This document shows, in pieces, positions 1-9,750 of a stretch of 64,000 bases of DNA. How positions within the stretch are numbered: the stretch's first letter is position 1; the number at the start of each line of letters is the position of its first letter. The notes beneath the pieces are model-generated. The model did no database searches. It was not told the origin of the DNA and saw only the letters and a list, made by a program, of their open reading frames with translations. The DNA is from an uncultured Calditrichaceae bacterium (GTDB taxonomy: Bacteria > Calditrichota > Calditrichia > RBG-13-44-9). The translations under genes were made by a program, and so were the position numbers. The stretch spans positions 8,973 through 72,972 of the forward strand of contig CAZBWV010000051.1 of assembly GCA_964495805.1 (NCBI GenBank). The letters are read 5' to 3'.

Positions 1-2
1 CG

Positions 3-509
3 TTGATTCGCTATCGCGGTGGTACCATTTCGTTGGGTGAATTCTTAAATGCCCAGAAAAAAATTCCGGTGAGCAATCGACCGCGGTTTCGCACACCTCG
101 CCAGCTTTCCAATAAAATGGGGAAATGGGTTCGGGATGAATTTTTGCTCAAAGAGGCCTATCGTAAAGGGATTGAAAATCATCCCCGGGTGAAGCGGGAA
201 GTACGCGAATTTGCGCTGGAACAAACCTACCTGTACTATTTAAAGCAGAAATATCAGGAGGTTGAGGTGCCGGATTCGGTGCGAGCGTTTTTTCAACATT
301 CTTCCGCGAAACGGAACGCGCCGGTTGGGTTGAGGCGATTTCACACGGTGAATGAATGGCGCTGGGAGCAGGCGCGGCGGCGGTTGCATCGGGAATTGCA
401 GCAACAAGCCCCTCCGGTGCAGATTGACCGGGAACTGCTCCGACGGGAAAGCAAACAAATGGACTGGCAGCGGCGAATTCGCATGTTTGTTATTCGCCAG
501 CCGGAATAA
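3..509 (+). CDS. hypothetical protein, 3' fragment (gene starts upstream of window); possible SurA/PpiD-like chaperone-domain repeats
   Basis: ORF open from window edge to stop at 509; charged helical repeats (LLKEAYRKGIENHPRVKREV). No catalytic motifs recognised. Confidence 0.35.
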   Translation: MIRYRGGTISLGEFLNAQKKIPVSNRPRFRTPRQLSNKMGKWVRDEFLLKEAYRKGIENHPRVKREVREFALEQTYLYYLKQKYQEVEVPDSVRAFFQHSSAKRNAPVGLRRFHTVNEWRWEQARRRLHRELQQQAPPVQIDRELLRRESKQMDWQRRIRMFVIRQPE

Positions 510-717
510 ACTCCTTCCGTTTTCTCAAAACAATAAACCACATTATTCTGGAATCATCCTGAAAAATTGGCTCACAGGAGTGATGGAGTTTGATGAATTT
601 TTTGGAAAAGGTGGGAGATGCGGGAAATTCGCTCCGGGAAAAACAGGGGTTAACCGTGTGGAAAAACTGGTAATTAAGAGAAATTCAGATAAAATGAAAA
701 AAATCTCAGAAAGGGTC

Positions 718-746
718 TTGACAAATTAGTTAGAATACCTTATATT
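718..746 (+). promoter_or_regulatory. sigma70-like promoter for lacI-family gene: TTGACA-17 nt-TATATT
   Basis: TTGACA at 718-723, 17-nt spacer, TATATT at 741-746, about 35 nt upstream of the ATG at 780. Confidence 0.5.
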
Positions 747-756
747 CCCAGTGCAA

Positions 757-770
757 GTTAAACGTTTAAC
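757..770. promoter_or_regulatory. perfect 14-bp palindrome GTTAAACGTTTAAC, candidate LacI-family operator (autoregulatory site)
   Basis: The sequence equals its own reverse complement and has a central CG, as LacI/GalR-type operators do. It sits between the -10 element and the start codon of the LacI-family gene. Confidence 0.55.
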
Positions 771-779
771 CTATGAGCT

Positions 780-1796
780 ATGGCTGTCACCATTAAAGAT
801 GTTGCCAAACGCGCGAATGTCTCCGTCGCCACCGTCTCCCTGGTGATTCATAATAATAGCCGAATCTCCCGGGAAACCCGCAAACGCGTCCTGAAAGCAA
901 TCCGCGAATTGAATTACCATCCCAGCCGATTTGCTCGTGGGTTGGTCTCCCAAAAAAGTGGTAATATCGGATTTATCCTCACCGAAGATCACTTCTCCCG
1001 TTCCGAACCGTTTTATACTCAGGTATTTCTGGGTACCGAATTTCAGGCCCGGGAACATGAATATTATATCTTGCTCACCACAGTGCCGGAAAACTATTCC
1101 CACAACGATCCATTACCCCGATTTGTGCTGGAAAATAATGTGGAAGGGGTCATTCTGGCCGGAAAAGTTCCCCAGGCGCTCATCGAGGGATTGGAACAAT
1201 TCCATTTACCTCTGGTATTTGTGGACTATGTGCCCCCCAGGGGAAATTATCCCGCAGTGATGATTGACAATATTGCCGGGGGATTGATGGCCACCAATCA
1301 TCTGATCGGGTGCCGCCACCGGAAAATTGCCTTTGTAGGGGGCGACCTGGATCATCCCAGCATCACCGAGCGCTTTCAGGGGTACAAAATGGCACTGGAA
1401 AAAGCCGGTATCGATTACCATTCCCGGTACGTGGTGGTCGATGAACCGTTGCCAACCAGAGAGTATGGCTATGAGGCGGGGAAGAAACTGTTAGATAAAG
1501 CCGGGGATGTTACCGCGGTATTTGCCTGTAACGATGCCATGGCGATTGGCTTGTTGCAGTACTTCAAAGAGCGTGGACTGAATGTCCCCGGGGATATTTC
1601 TCTGATTGGATTTGATGATGTGGAAGCAGACCTGTCGTTGGATCCTCCGCTTACGACCATTCGCGTCTCCAAAGTGGACCTGGGAGTGGAAGCAATTAAT
1701 CTCATCGCCGAAATTTTGAAAAAAGGACGTTCTAATCCTCACAAAATTCTGGTTCCGGTAGAGCTGGTCATTCGCCAATCGACCTGTTCCATCTGA
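780..1796 (+). CDS. LacI family transcriptional regulator
   Basis: N-terminal HTH motif IKDVAKRANVSVATVSLVIHNN...ELNYHPSRFARGL is classic LacI/GalR. It is followed by a periplasmic-binding-protein-like sugar-binding domain. Length 338 aa. Confidence 0.9.
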   Translation: MAVTIKDVAKRANVSVATVSLVIHNNSRISRETRKRVLKAIRELNYHPSRFARGLVSQKSGNIGFILTEDHFSRSEPFYTQVFLGTEFQAREHEYYILLTTVPENYSHNDPLPRFVLENNVEGVILAGKVPQALIEGLEQFHLPLVFVDYVPPRGNYPAVMIDNIAGGLMATNHLIGCRHRKIAFVGGDLDHPSITERFQGYKMALEKAGIDYHSRYVVVDEPLPTREYGYEAGKKLLDKAGDVTAVFACNDAMAIGLLQYFKERGLNVPGDISLIGFDDVEADLSLDPPLTTIRVSKVDLGVEAINLIAEILKKGRSNPHKILVPVELVIRQSTCSI

Positions 1797-1858
1797 TATT
1801 TCTTACGATTTCGATAATGCCGGAAAAGAATTTGTCGTCCCATAAATAGCTGTACTAA

Positions 1859-1872
1859 GTAAAACGTTTAAC
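1859..1872. promoter_or_regulatory. second LacI-type operator (GTAAAACGTTTAAC, 13/14 match to the site at 757-770)
   Basis: Near-identical palindrome 19 nt upstream of the start of the downstream T9SS CBM-like gene. Only two copies of the AAACGTTTAAC core were seen in the window. Confidence 0.5.
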
Positions 1873-1890
1873 TAAATTATGGAGGTCTGT

Positions 1891-3357
1891 ATGAAATTTC
1901 GCTTTCAAGCAATGACCCTGCTGGTCGGGATGATTCTGCTGACCACCGGAATCCTCCTGGCCCAAACCAACCTCCTTCCCAATGGTGATCTGGAGACGTG
2001 GGCGCCGAATTTCTGGAACAAGCTGAACGACGGATTGGGAGGTGCTTCGGTGGTGTGGACGGAGGATGCAGCGGCTCCGAATCCCTGGAATCAGGCGCTG
2101 CCGAGTTTGCGTTCGTTCAAGGTGATTAAGCCTTCGGCAACCGGTGATGTGGTAGGCTGGGTGAGTGTGAACAATGCCAAATTGTACTGGAACAATGCGG
2201 CTGGGAACGATCTGTACAATCTGAAGTTTTGGGCAAAGACCGATGGTGTGAACACCAATCCGGGCACACAGGATGAGAAGATCGGAGTTTGGTATCGGTT
2301 TTACAGTGGTGGTACGCTGATAGTGGAGAAGTTTGTGGGGGTGGATCAGAGTGTGGCCAGTAAGGATTGGACGGAGTACACCGATGGTGTTCTGGTGACC
2401 AGTGAGCCGGACAGTGTGGTGATTTCGCTGGTGATGGGCAAGGATGCCACGGGTACGGTATGGTTCGACAATGTGTACTGCAACACGAACAGCACCTGGT
2501 CGATGGGAGTGTTCAACGGGGATGCGGAGACGCCGGTTGGCTGGTTAAACTGGACGAGTTCGGATAAGATTGGGTTTGCCAACACGGTTCAGGATACGGG
2601 AGCGCACAGTGGGAACTGGGATGTATTGATGGTGGAGAAGGACACGCTGGATGATGAGATGGTGTTTTACAGTGAGCCGGTACCTGCGCAGCCGGGGAAG
2701 TGGTACAAGATAGGTGTTTGGGTAAAGACGGACAGCATCAACACGGGGGCGAACTGGTATCCCACCAATGTGATTCCGGATCGTGACAACGATCGGATGG
2801 GGATTTGCTTTTTCTTCCATCGTGCGCCGTTGCACACGGCCTGGGATTTGACCGGTGGAGATCAGTTTGCTTACATTGATCAGCGCAATCCCAGCAGTGG
2901 ATGGACGCACTATGTGGTGGTGGCTAAGGCGCCGGATGATGCGGCGGGAGTGAGCATGCGAGCTCGATTCACTTCCTTCCCCACCGGCTACGCCTGGTTC
3001 GACGATTTCTCCATCGAAGAGGTGAAAGAAGTGGTGGTTTCCATCGAAGATCCGGAAACACCGTCCACCACACTGGCCTCCAGTTACGAGTTGATGCAGA
3101 ACTATCCCAATCCGTTCAATCCGGAAACGGTGATTGAATATCGGGTACCGCACCGCGGAAAAGTGCAGCTGAACATCTACAATATGCTGGGTCAAAAGAT
3201 TCGCACACTGGTGGACGATGTGCTCCCTGCCGGTACCTATCAGGTGGTATGGGATGGGTTGGATGATTACGGCAACCGGGTGGCTACCGGTGTGTATCTC
3301 TATCAGCTGAAGGGTCAGAATGCCCTGATTACCAAAAAAATGATGTTAATTAAATAA
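1891..3357 (+). CDS. T9SS-secreted protein with two CBM4/9/16-like beta-sandwich carbohydrate-binding modules and a type-A Por_Secre_tail C-terminal domain
   Basis: Signal peptide (MKFRFQAMTLLVGMILLTTGILLAQT). GGAGG Shine-Dalgarno 5 nt before the ATG at 1891; alternative start at 1879. Two internal repeats (GDLETW...WFDNVYC and NGDAETP...AWFDDFSIEEV). C-terminus NYPNPFNPETVIEYRVP...GVYLYQLKGQNALITKKMMLIK. Confidence 0.7.
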   Translation: MKFRFQAMTLLVGMILLTTGILLAQTNLLPNGDLETWAPNFWNKLNDGLGGASVVWTEDAAAPNPWNQALPSLRSFKVIKPSATGDVVGWVSVNNAKLYWNNAAGNDLYNLKFWAKTDGVNTNPGTQDEKIGVWYRFYSGGTLIVEKFVGVDQSVASKDWTEYTDGVLVTSEPDSVVISLVMGKDATGTVWFDNVYCNTNSTWSMGVFNGDAETPVGWLNWTSSDKIGFANTVQDTGAHSGNWDVLMVEKDTLDDEMVFYSEPVPAQPGKWYKIGVWVKTDSINTGANWYPTNVIPDRDNDRMGICFFFHRAPLHTAWDLTGGDQFAYIDQRNPSSGWTHYVVVAKAPDDAAGVSMRARFTSFPTGYAWFDDFSIEEVKEVVVSIEDPETPSTTLASSYELMQNYPNPFNPETVIEYRVPHRGKVQLNIYNMLGQKIRTLVDDVLPAGTYQVVWDGLDDYGNRVATGVYLYQLKGQNALITKKMMLIK

Positions 3358-3734
3358 ACACCTCTTGCTGGTTGTTGTGTGGTCCCCTATGTCTGGCTGC
3401 CCTTCCTCTGGGAAGAGGGGGGGTGGCCGTAATATCCAGATGTGAAGTTCTGAAATGATTCTGGACGAAGCAGTCCGTTTTTGCTTTGGGTTTTATGAGA
3501 AGTGTATTTACGAAACCGTTGTTTAGATGTTGCCATGTGGAAGGGAAAACAGATAGGTCTTTTACGTATCATGTGATCGGTTCCGTGGGGAAATAGCGCG
3601 TGTTTGCCGCAATTGACCCGGAACGCGGGTAACAATCAGGAAATACACAGAGGATAATCAGAAATAGAAAATCATTCGACTTTAGTATAGAGCAAGGTTA
3701 ATTTATTTGAATCAATAGTCCGGGGAGGCTTTCC

Positions 3735-6440
3735 ATGCGCCGCCTACCAGTTTATTGGGATATGCCCGTTCAAATCATTGCCCTGCTTCTGATATTTCTG
3801 TCCCTGAGCTTTGCCGGTACCACCGGGAAAATTGTGGGTCGAATTGTGGATGCATCCACCGGGGAGCCGTTACCGGGAGTTAACGTACTGGTGGAAAACA
3901 CAACCTACGGTGCGGCAACGGATGTGGATGGCACTTTTTTAATTATCGGGATTCCGCCGGGCACATACACCCTGCGGGCCATGATGATTGGTTACAACGA
4001 CATGGTAGTCAAAAATGTGCGGGTGAGTGCGGACAAAACCACTCACGTGGATATGAAGTTACAGCAAACCACCCTGGAGTTAGGCGAGGCTATCGAGGTG
4101 ACAGCTGAGCGGCCACTGGTCAAAAAAGACCTGACCTCCACCGAATCCGCCGTAAGTAGCGATGTAATTGAAGCACTACCGGTGGAAACATTCTCTGATG
4201 TGGTCAATTTGCAGGCCGGGGTCATAGACGGACACTTCCGTGGCGGACGGCTGGGAGAGGTGGCTTATATGGTGGATGGCGTGCCGGTGAACGACGTGTA
4301 CTCCGGTTCCTACGCCATCGAGATGGAAAACAACGCCATCCAGGAACTGACTGTCATTAGCGGTACCTTCAATGCGGAGTACGGGCAGGCTATGTCCGGT
4401 GTGGTGAATATTGTGACCAAGGACGGTACGGACCATTTTACTGGGGATCTCAGTGTTTACGGAGGAGATTATCTCAGCACGCACGACGATATCTTCTGGA
4501 ATATCAAGGATTTCAATCCCATATTCAATTTGCAGGGGAACCTTAGCGGTCCGGTTCCCGGATTCGGGAAGAAGTTGAATTTTTTCCTCTCCGGACGCTA
4601 CTACGAAAATGCCGGTTACATTTACGGAAAGGAAGTTTTTCTCCCCACAGATAGTTCAGATTTCAGTCCGGATGACCCGGAAGACCGAATTGTGGAGAGT
4701 CATGGGGTACGCTATCCTTTCAGCGAGCAACTGGCACAGGATCTCATTCATCGGGCAAAGGCAGTGTCCATGAATCCCTCCCGGCGCCTGACCGGAGATT
4801 TGAAACTGACTTACCGTTTAACCGGAACGGATAAAATATCTGTGGACGGAATTTACCAGAATCGCCAGTGGCGGGAATACGATCACCGATTTCGCCTGAA
4901 TCCGGATGGCGATTACAAACGCTTTCAGCAGAGCGTGACGGCGCTGACACACTGGAACCATGTGTTCAGTGCACGCACTTTTATGGATGTGCGCTATTCT
5001 TACTTTTACACGGAGTACGACCAGTACGTGTACGAAGATCGGTTCGATCCCCGGTATGTTCCCGCTTCGCGATTGCAGTTAACCGGGGCCAATGCTTTTC
5101 TGGCCGGTGGTCAGCAGATGTGGCAATTCCATCGCAGTACCATGAGCCATCTTATTAAAGCAGAACTCACCAGTCAGGTGACCAACACCCATCAGCTCAA
5201 AGGAGGTGCACAGGTGCGCCGACACCGCCTGTGGCTTCACGAATATGAAGTGATTCCGGAAGACCCCGATCGCATGGCGCCCATCACTTCCTTCAATAAT
5301 AACATGTATCTGCACCATCCGCTGGAGTTTTCCGCCTACCTTCAGGACAAAATGGAATTTACCTACATGATTGTGAATGCTGGTGTTCGCTTCGATTATT
5401 TCGATCCCGATGGACAGGTGCCGGTGGATTTCTCCAACCCCTCCCAATCCCCCATGCGTAAAGCCGAAAGCAGCTGGCAGGTGAGTCCCAGATTGGGTAT
5501 TGCCTATCCCATTTCCGAAAAAGGGGTCATTCACGTTTCCTATGGTCATTTCTTCCAGGTGCCCAATTTCTTCTATCTGTACACCAACCCCGAGTTCGAT
5601 GTATTTCCGTTGCAGGGAACTCCCTCCCCACCGCCGCAATCGCTAATTAACACCATGGGAAATGCCGAGCTGAAACCGCAGAAAACGGTGATTTACGAAA
5701 TCGGGCTTCAGCAGCAGGTGGGAAGTATGTTTGGGCTGACCGTGACGGCTTATTACAAGGACATCCGTAACCTGCTGGGGACACAGGTGCTGGAAACCCA
5801 GCAGGGAATAAAATATGCGCGTTACATTAACCGGGATTATGGGTTTGTCCGCGGTATTACCCTGGAGCTGGAAAAGCGATATTCCAACGGAATTAGCGGA
5901 AGCGTGGACTACACCTACCAGATTGCCAAGGGAAACGCTTCGGATCCCAATACCGCCTTTTTAGATGCTCAGAGCGATCCGCCCAAACAAACGGAAAAGC
6001 AACTGGTTCCGCTGAACTGGGATCGTCGGCATCAGATTAATGCTACACTGACCCTGGGGACACCGGGGAAATTTGCCCTGACGCTGATTATGCGTTATGG
6101 TACCGGTCTGCCGTACACCCCCACCTTCCAGAATGTACAAACAGCCGTGGAAAACAGTGGGCGCAAACCGGATGAATTCTACATCGATTTGTATTTCAAT
6201 AAAGTGTTTAAATGGGGTGGGATGGAGTACAGTTTTTTCACCCGAATCTACAATTTGCTGGATCGGCTGAACGAGAGGAACGTGTTTACCGATACCGGTC
6301 GCGCGGGATATACCCTGGCTCCATTGTATGTGGGCGGGCTGCGTCCCCGCGGGTTAAACACCCTGGATCAGTACTTCATTCGACCCGATTTTTATTCCGA
6401 ACCGCGCCGGGTGCAAATTGGACTGGAACTTAGATTTTAA
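3735..6440 (+). CDS. SusC/RagA-like TonB-dependent receptor (CarboxypepD_reg N-terminal domain + plug + beta-barrel)
   Basis: Signal peptide. N-terminal GKIVGRIVDASTGEPLPGVNVLVENTTYGAATDVDGTFLI carboxypeptidase-regulatory-like domain. Plug motifs (VTAERPLVKKDLTSTESAVS). 901 aa, ending in ...GLELRF with a terminal Phe. GGGGAGG Shine-Dalgarno 7 nt upstream. Confidence 0.85.
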   Translation: MRRLPVYWDMPVQIIALLLIFLSLSFAGTTGKIVGRIVDASTGEPLPGVNVLVENTTYGAATDVDGTFLIIGIPPGTYTLRAMMIGYNDMVVKNVRVSADKTTHVDMKLQQTTLELGEAIEVTAERPLVKKDLTSTESAVSSDVIEALPVETFSDVVNLQAGVIDGHFRGGRLGEVAYMVDGVPVNDVYSGSYAIEMENNAIQELTVISGTFNAEYGQAMSGVVNIVTKDGTDHFTGDLSVYGGDYLSTHDDIFWNIKDFNPIFNLQGNLSGPVPGFGKKLNFFLSGRYYENAGYIYGKEVFLPTDSSDFSPDDPEDRIVESHGVRYPFSEQLAQDLIHRAKAVSMNPSRRLTGDLKLTYRLTGTDKISVDGIYQNRQWREYDHRFRLNPDGDYKRFQQSVTALTHWNHVFSARTFMDVRYSYFYTEYDQYVYEDRFDPRYVPASRLQLTGANAFLAGGQQMWQFHRSTMSHLIKAELTSQVTNTHQLKGGAQVRRHRLWLHEYEVIPEDPDRMAPITSFNNNMYLHHPLEFSAYLQDKMEFTYMIVNAGVRFDYFDPDGQVPVDFSNPSQSPMRKAESSWQVSPRLGIAYPISEKGVIHVSYGHFFQVPNFFYLYTNPEFDVFPLQGTPSPPPQSLINTMGNAELKPQKTVIYEIGLQQQVGSMFGLTVTAYYKDIRNLLGTQVLETQQGIKYARYINRDYGFVRGITLELEKRYSNGISGSVDYTYQIAKGNASDPNTAFLDAQSDPPKQTEKQLVPLNWDRRHQINATLTLGTPGKFALTLIMRYGTGLPYTPTFQNVQTAVENSGRKPDEFYIDLYFNKVFKWGGMEYSFFTRIYNLLDRLNERNVFTDTGRAGYTLAPLYVGGLRPRGLNTLDQYFIRPDFYSEPRRVQIGLELRF

Positions 6441-6454
6441 TCACGAGGATGACA

Positions 6455-9400
6455 ATGAAACGATTGTCATGGAAAACGTTGCTGGTTGCCTGTATGGTTT
6501 GGGTGTTCGCCCGGAGTGGGTGGGCACAACGAACCCCGGATCCCAACGTGGGAAACACCGAGTTGCGTCGCCAGGGAATTATGGATGGCAACCTGGTACG
6601 CACCATCTTTATTAACTGGGGCGAAATTGCTCACTGGCCGGATTCCCCTTCCGGGGAATGGCCCAAAGGGACCGGCCATCAGTATGTGGATGGTGTGGCG
6701 TTAATTGTTCAGGGACGCGCCATCGACAACAACGGAAACGTTATCCATCCCATGGAAACCCAGTACCGGGAATTTGTGGACAAAGGACCACACGACGAGC
6801 TGTGGGGCTGGGGTCCGCTTCCCGGCTATTTTAACGAAGAAGGAAACAGCCCTGCGATGAGCAACGATCCGCTTACCTGGCCGGACTACTGGCCGGATAA
6901 ACCGGACGGCTGGGTAAATCCCAACGAGGTGCGCAACGACCAGGATGATGATGGCAACGGATTGGTGGACGATCTGGTGTACTGGAATGGCTTCTTCGGA
7001 AAAGGTGTGCGCAATGCCGATCTGGAAACGTATTTTGTGTTTGATGACGATCCCGATGAGGAATGGGATTTTTATCCCGATCCGGCGCGTCCCGATCGTC
7101 GGGGAATGGGTCTGGAAGTGGCTGCGCGCTATTTTCAGTGGTCGCAGGTGCTGGCCGAAGACGTGATTTTTGCTGTGTACTTCATCACCAACGAGGGCAA
7201 GTACAATTACGATAGCACCTACTACTGTTTTTACATTGATTGGGGGATTGGGGGGACGGACGATTCCTCGGACGATACCGGTGATTACGACACCTATCTG
7301 GACATTGCCTGGGCATGGGATTACGATGGATTTGGTTCCCCGGGACACTGGCATCCGGTAGGAGTGGCGGGTTTCGCCTTTCTGGAGAGTCCCGGCATTG
7401 CCGATGACGGAGTGGATAACGACGATGATGGCATCGTGGACGAACGGCGCGATTCCGGCCCGGGAACCTGGCTGAGCGAATATCCCTACGGTGTGGATCC
7501 GGTGAAATACGAAGCCTATTTCGGGCATCCTCCCGCACCTCACTGGAGCGGTGATGAAGATGGCGACTGGAAACCCTACACCGATGTAAACCAGAACGGT
7601 CAGTGGGACGAGGGAGAACCGCTGAATGATGATGTGGGCGAAGACGGGCTGGGTCCCAACGATTTTGGTTATCCAGGACCCGATGTGGGCGAAGGAGACG
7701 GAATCCCCACAGCCGGTGAACCAGATTTCGATTACACCGACAAAGATGAGTCGGACCAGATTGGGTTAACCGGTTTCCGCATCTTTCCGGTTCATACTTA
7801 CGAATTGTGGAATGAGGAGCAGGATTGGGAAGTGTTTCGCTCCGCGCCACCACCCCATAGCAATCAAGTAACCGCCAATCTGGGGATGTTCTTCTCCTCC
7901 GGTCCTTTTCCCCTGAAAGCAGGGCAGACCGAAAATTATTCCATGGCGTTGCTGTTCGGAGAAGATAAAGATGATCTGGTGCTGACCAAGAAAACCATTC
8001 AACAAATTTATAATGCCGATTATCGCTTTGCCAAACCACCGGAAAAACCGCGACTCAAGGCGGTGATTCCGGGAGATAATCGGGTAATTCTGGTATGGGA
8101 TGACCGGGCCGAACGCTCCTGGGATCCCTTCCTGCAGGAATACGATTTTGAAGGGTACCGGATTTACCGCAGTACCGAACCGGAATTTCTGGAAACCCGA
8201 CTTATCACCGATGCCTACGGGCGGTTAACCTTCCGCAAACCCATCGCTCAGTTCGATTTGAAAAATGAATGGAGCGGTCTGCATCCCATCGATGTATCGG
8301 GTGTTCATTTCAATCTGGGAAACAATACCGGCTTGTCCCATTACTATGTGGATACCGATGTGAAAAACGGACAAACGTACTACTACGCAGTGGTATCTTA
8401 CGATCACGGTCTGGTGGATACCAGTGCAACCGGTACGCTGGTGGGATTGGCTCCCGCGGAGTGTACCAGTAAAATTCAGAAGGATATTTCCGGGAATGTG
8501 CAGGTAGATATTAACACAGCAGTGGTCACCCCCTCGGCGCCGGTTGCCGGCTATGTACCGCCCGAATTAGTGGGCGATTTTGTCCGGGAAACCGTGGGCA
8601 CCGGCGAGGTGAATCTGGAGTTTCTCATTCCCGATTCCGTACGGGATGGACATACCTATTCCATTGAGTTCGGTGATACTTCTTTCTTCCACAACGAAGG
8701 GAATTCGTACTATGTGATATATGATATTACCGGCGGAGAGAAAATTCCCAGAACGGATACCTTGTGGATTGATGGCGACAGCCAGTCTCCACTGGTGGAT
8801 GGCTTTGTGCTAACCATCCATAATGATGCCTGCGATCTGGATTACGACAACACCGGCTGGCTGGTGGGTTCTTCCACCTACAAATGGCGAGTGAATCAGG
8901 ACAGCCGCTTCTCCAATACCAATCCCGCATTGAATTTCAATATCAACTATCCTGCAGATTTCGAGGTAACCTTTTCCGATCAGATAATCGATACTGCGGA
9001 GAATGTACTGTTCCCGCCGGATGTGCCGACTAAATTTTCCATATACAACGTTACGGAGGATTCTGCCGCTCATTTTATGTTCCTGGAATTTGATAATCCC
9101 GATTCCACGCTCAGTCCGTACTATCCGGATGACGAGCAGATGGAAAGTGCCATTATCTGGGTACCCGATCCCAGACCGAGTAATCCGTTACACATCAAAA
9201 CTTCCTGGCGGCTCTATTTTGAGGCGGATACCACGGTGGATCACATGGTGCCGCCACAACCGGGCGATATTTTCCGCATCGCCACCAAAAAGCCGTTCCG
9301 CACCGGCGACCGTATCGAGTTTACTGTACGGGGTCAGCGCTACGATGTGGAAAAAGCGAAAAGCGATATGGATCAGATTGCTGTCGTTCCCAATCCCTAT

Positions 9401-9682
9401 GTGGTTACGGCTGCCTGGGAACCCAATTCTCCCTATCGTTTCGGACGGGGTGAGCGGCGGATTTACTTTATCCATCTGCCCAAAAAGTGTACCATTCGCA
9501 TCTACACCCTGCGGGGGTATCTGGTGGATACCATCGAACACAACAGTTCGCTGGAGAACGGACAGGAAGCCTGGGATATGCTGAATAAGGACGGACAGGA
9601 AATTGCCTATGGAATTTACATCTACCATGTGGATGCTCCGGGGGTAGGTGAGAAAATCGGGAAGTTTGCCATTATTAAATAA
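6455..9682 (+). CDS. large acidic cell-surface protein with TSP3-like Ca-binding Asp-rich repeats and a variant, extended T9SS-like C-terminal domain (cassette copy 1)
   Basis: Signal peptide (MKRLSWKTLLVACMVWVFARSGWAQ). Repeats DQDDDGNGLVDD, DNDDDGIVDE and GDEDGDWKPYTDVNQNGQWDEGE. FN3-like YDFEGYRIYRST. C-terminus VVPNPYVVTAAWEP...CTIRIYTLRGYLVDTIEH...GIYIYHVDAPGVGEKIGKFAIIK. GAGG lies 6 nt upstream of the ATG at 6455; the alternative ATG at 6449 has no spacing. Confidence 0.75.
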   Translation: MKRLSWKTLLVACMVWVFARSGWAQRTPDPNVGNTELRRQGIMDGNLVRTIFINWGEIAHWPDSPSGEWPKGTGHQYVDGVALIVQGRAIDNNGNVIHPMETQYREFVDKGPHDELWGWGPLPGYFNEEGNSPAMSNDPLTWPDYWPDKPDGWVNPNEVRNDQDDDGNGLVDDLVYWNGFFGKGVRNADLETYFVFDDDPDEEWDFYPDPARPDRRGMGLEVAARYFQWSQVLAEDVIFAVYFITNEGKYNYDSTYYCFYIDWGIGGTDDSSDDTGDYDTYLDIAWAWDYDGFGSPGHWHPVGVAGFAFLESPGIADDGVDNDDDGIVDERRDSGPGTWLSEYPYGVDPVKYEAYFGHPPAPHWSGDEDGDWKPYTDVNQNGQWDEGEPLNDDVGEDGLGPNDFGYPGPDVGEGDGIPTAGEPDFDYTDKDESDQIGLTGFRIFPVHTYELWNEEQDWEVFRSAPPPHSNQVTANLGMFFSSGPFPLKAGQTENYSMALLFGEDKDDLVLTKKTIQQIYNADYRFAKPPEKPRLKAVIPGDNRVILVWDDRAERSWDPFLQEYDFEGYRIYRSTEPEFLETRLITDAYGRLTFRKPIAQFDLKNEWSGLHPIDVSGVHFNLGNNTGLSHYYVDTDVKNGQTYYYAVVSYDHGLVDTSATGTLVGLAPAECTSKIQKDISGNVQVDINTAVVTPSAPVAGYVPPELVGDFVRETVGTGEVNLEFLIPDSVRDGHTYSIEFGDTSFFHNEGNSYYVIYDITGGEKIPRTDTLWIDGDSQSPLVDGFVLTIHNDACDLDYDNTGWLVGSSTYKWRVNQDSRFSNTNPALNFNINYPADFEVTFSDQIIDTAENVLFPPDVPTKFSIYNVTEDSAAHFMFLEFDNPDSTLSPYYPDDEQMESAIIWVPDPRPSNPLHIKTSWRLYFEADTTVDHMVPPQPGDIFRIATKKPFRTGDRIEFTVRGQRYDVEKAKSDMDQIAVVPNPYVVTAAWEPNSPYRFGRGERRIYFIHLPKKCTIRIYTLRGYLVDTIEHNSSLENGQEAWDMLNKDGQEIAYGIYIYHVDAPGVGEKIGKFAIIK

Positions 9683-9750
9683 ATTCATTTAGCCGGTAAA
9701 ACGGATGGAATCCGGTAAAATGTAAACATGAAAACGAACAGGTAAGCGGT

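Noticed and set aside
352-729. 125-aa plus-strand ORF overlapping the end of the first partial gene
   Set aside because: It overlaps the 3..509 CDS, has a Gly/Cys/Arg-rich composition, and no RBS. It is probably not coding.
3387-3635. 82-aa minus-strand ORF and a weak CCTCT-GGGA-AGAGG hairpin after the CBM-like gene
   Set aside because: The ORF lies in an intergenic leader with no support. The hairpin has only a 5-bp stem without a U-tract, so it is not a convincing terminator.
6701-8039. Long antisense ORFs (6701-7543 minus, 7185-8039 minus, 280-284 aa) inside the large surface-protein gene
   Set aside because: Their composition is proline/arginine/cysteine-rich and implausible. They lie wholly within a strongly supported plus-strand CDS. 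High-GC coding regions routinely give open antisense frames.
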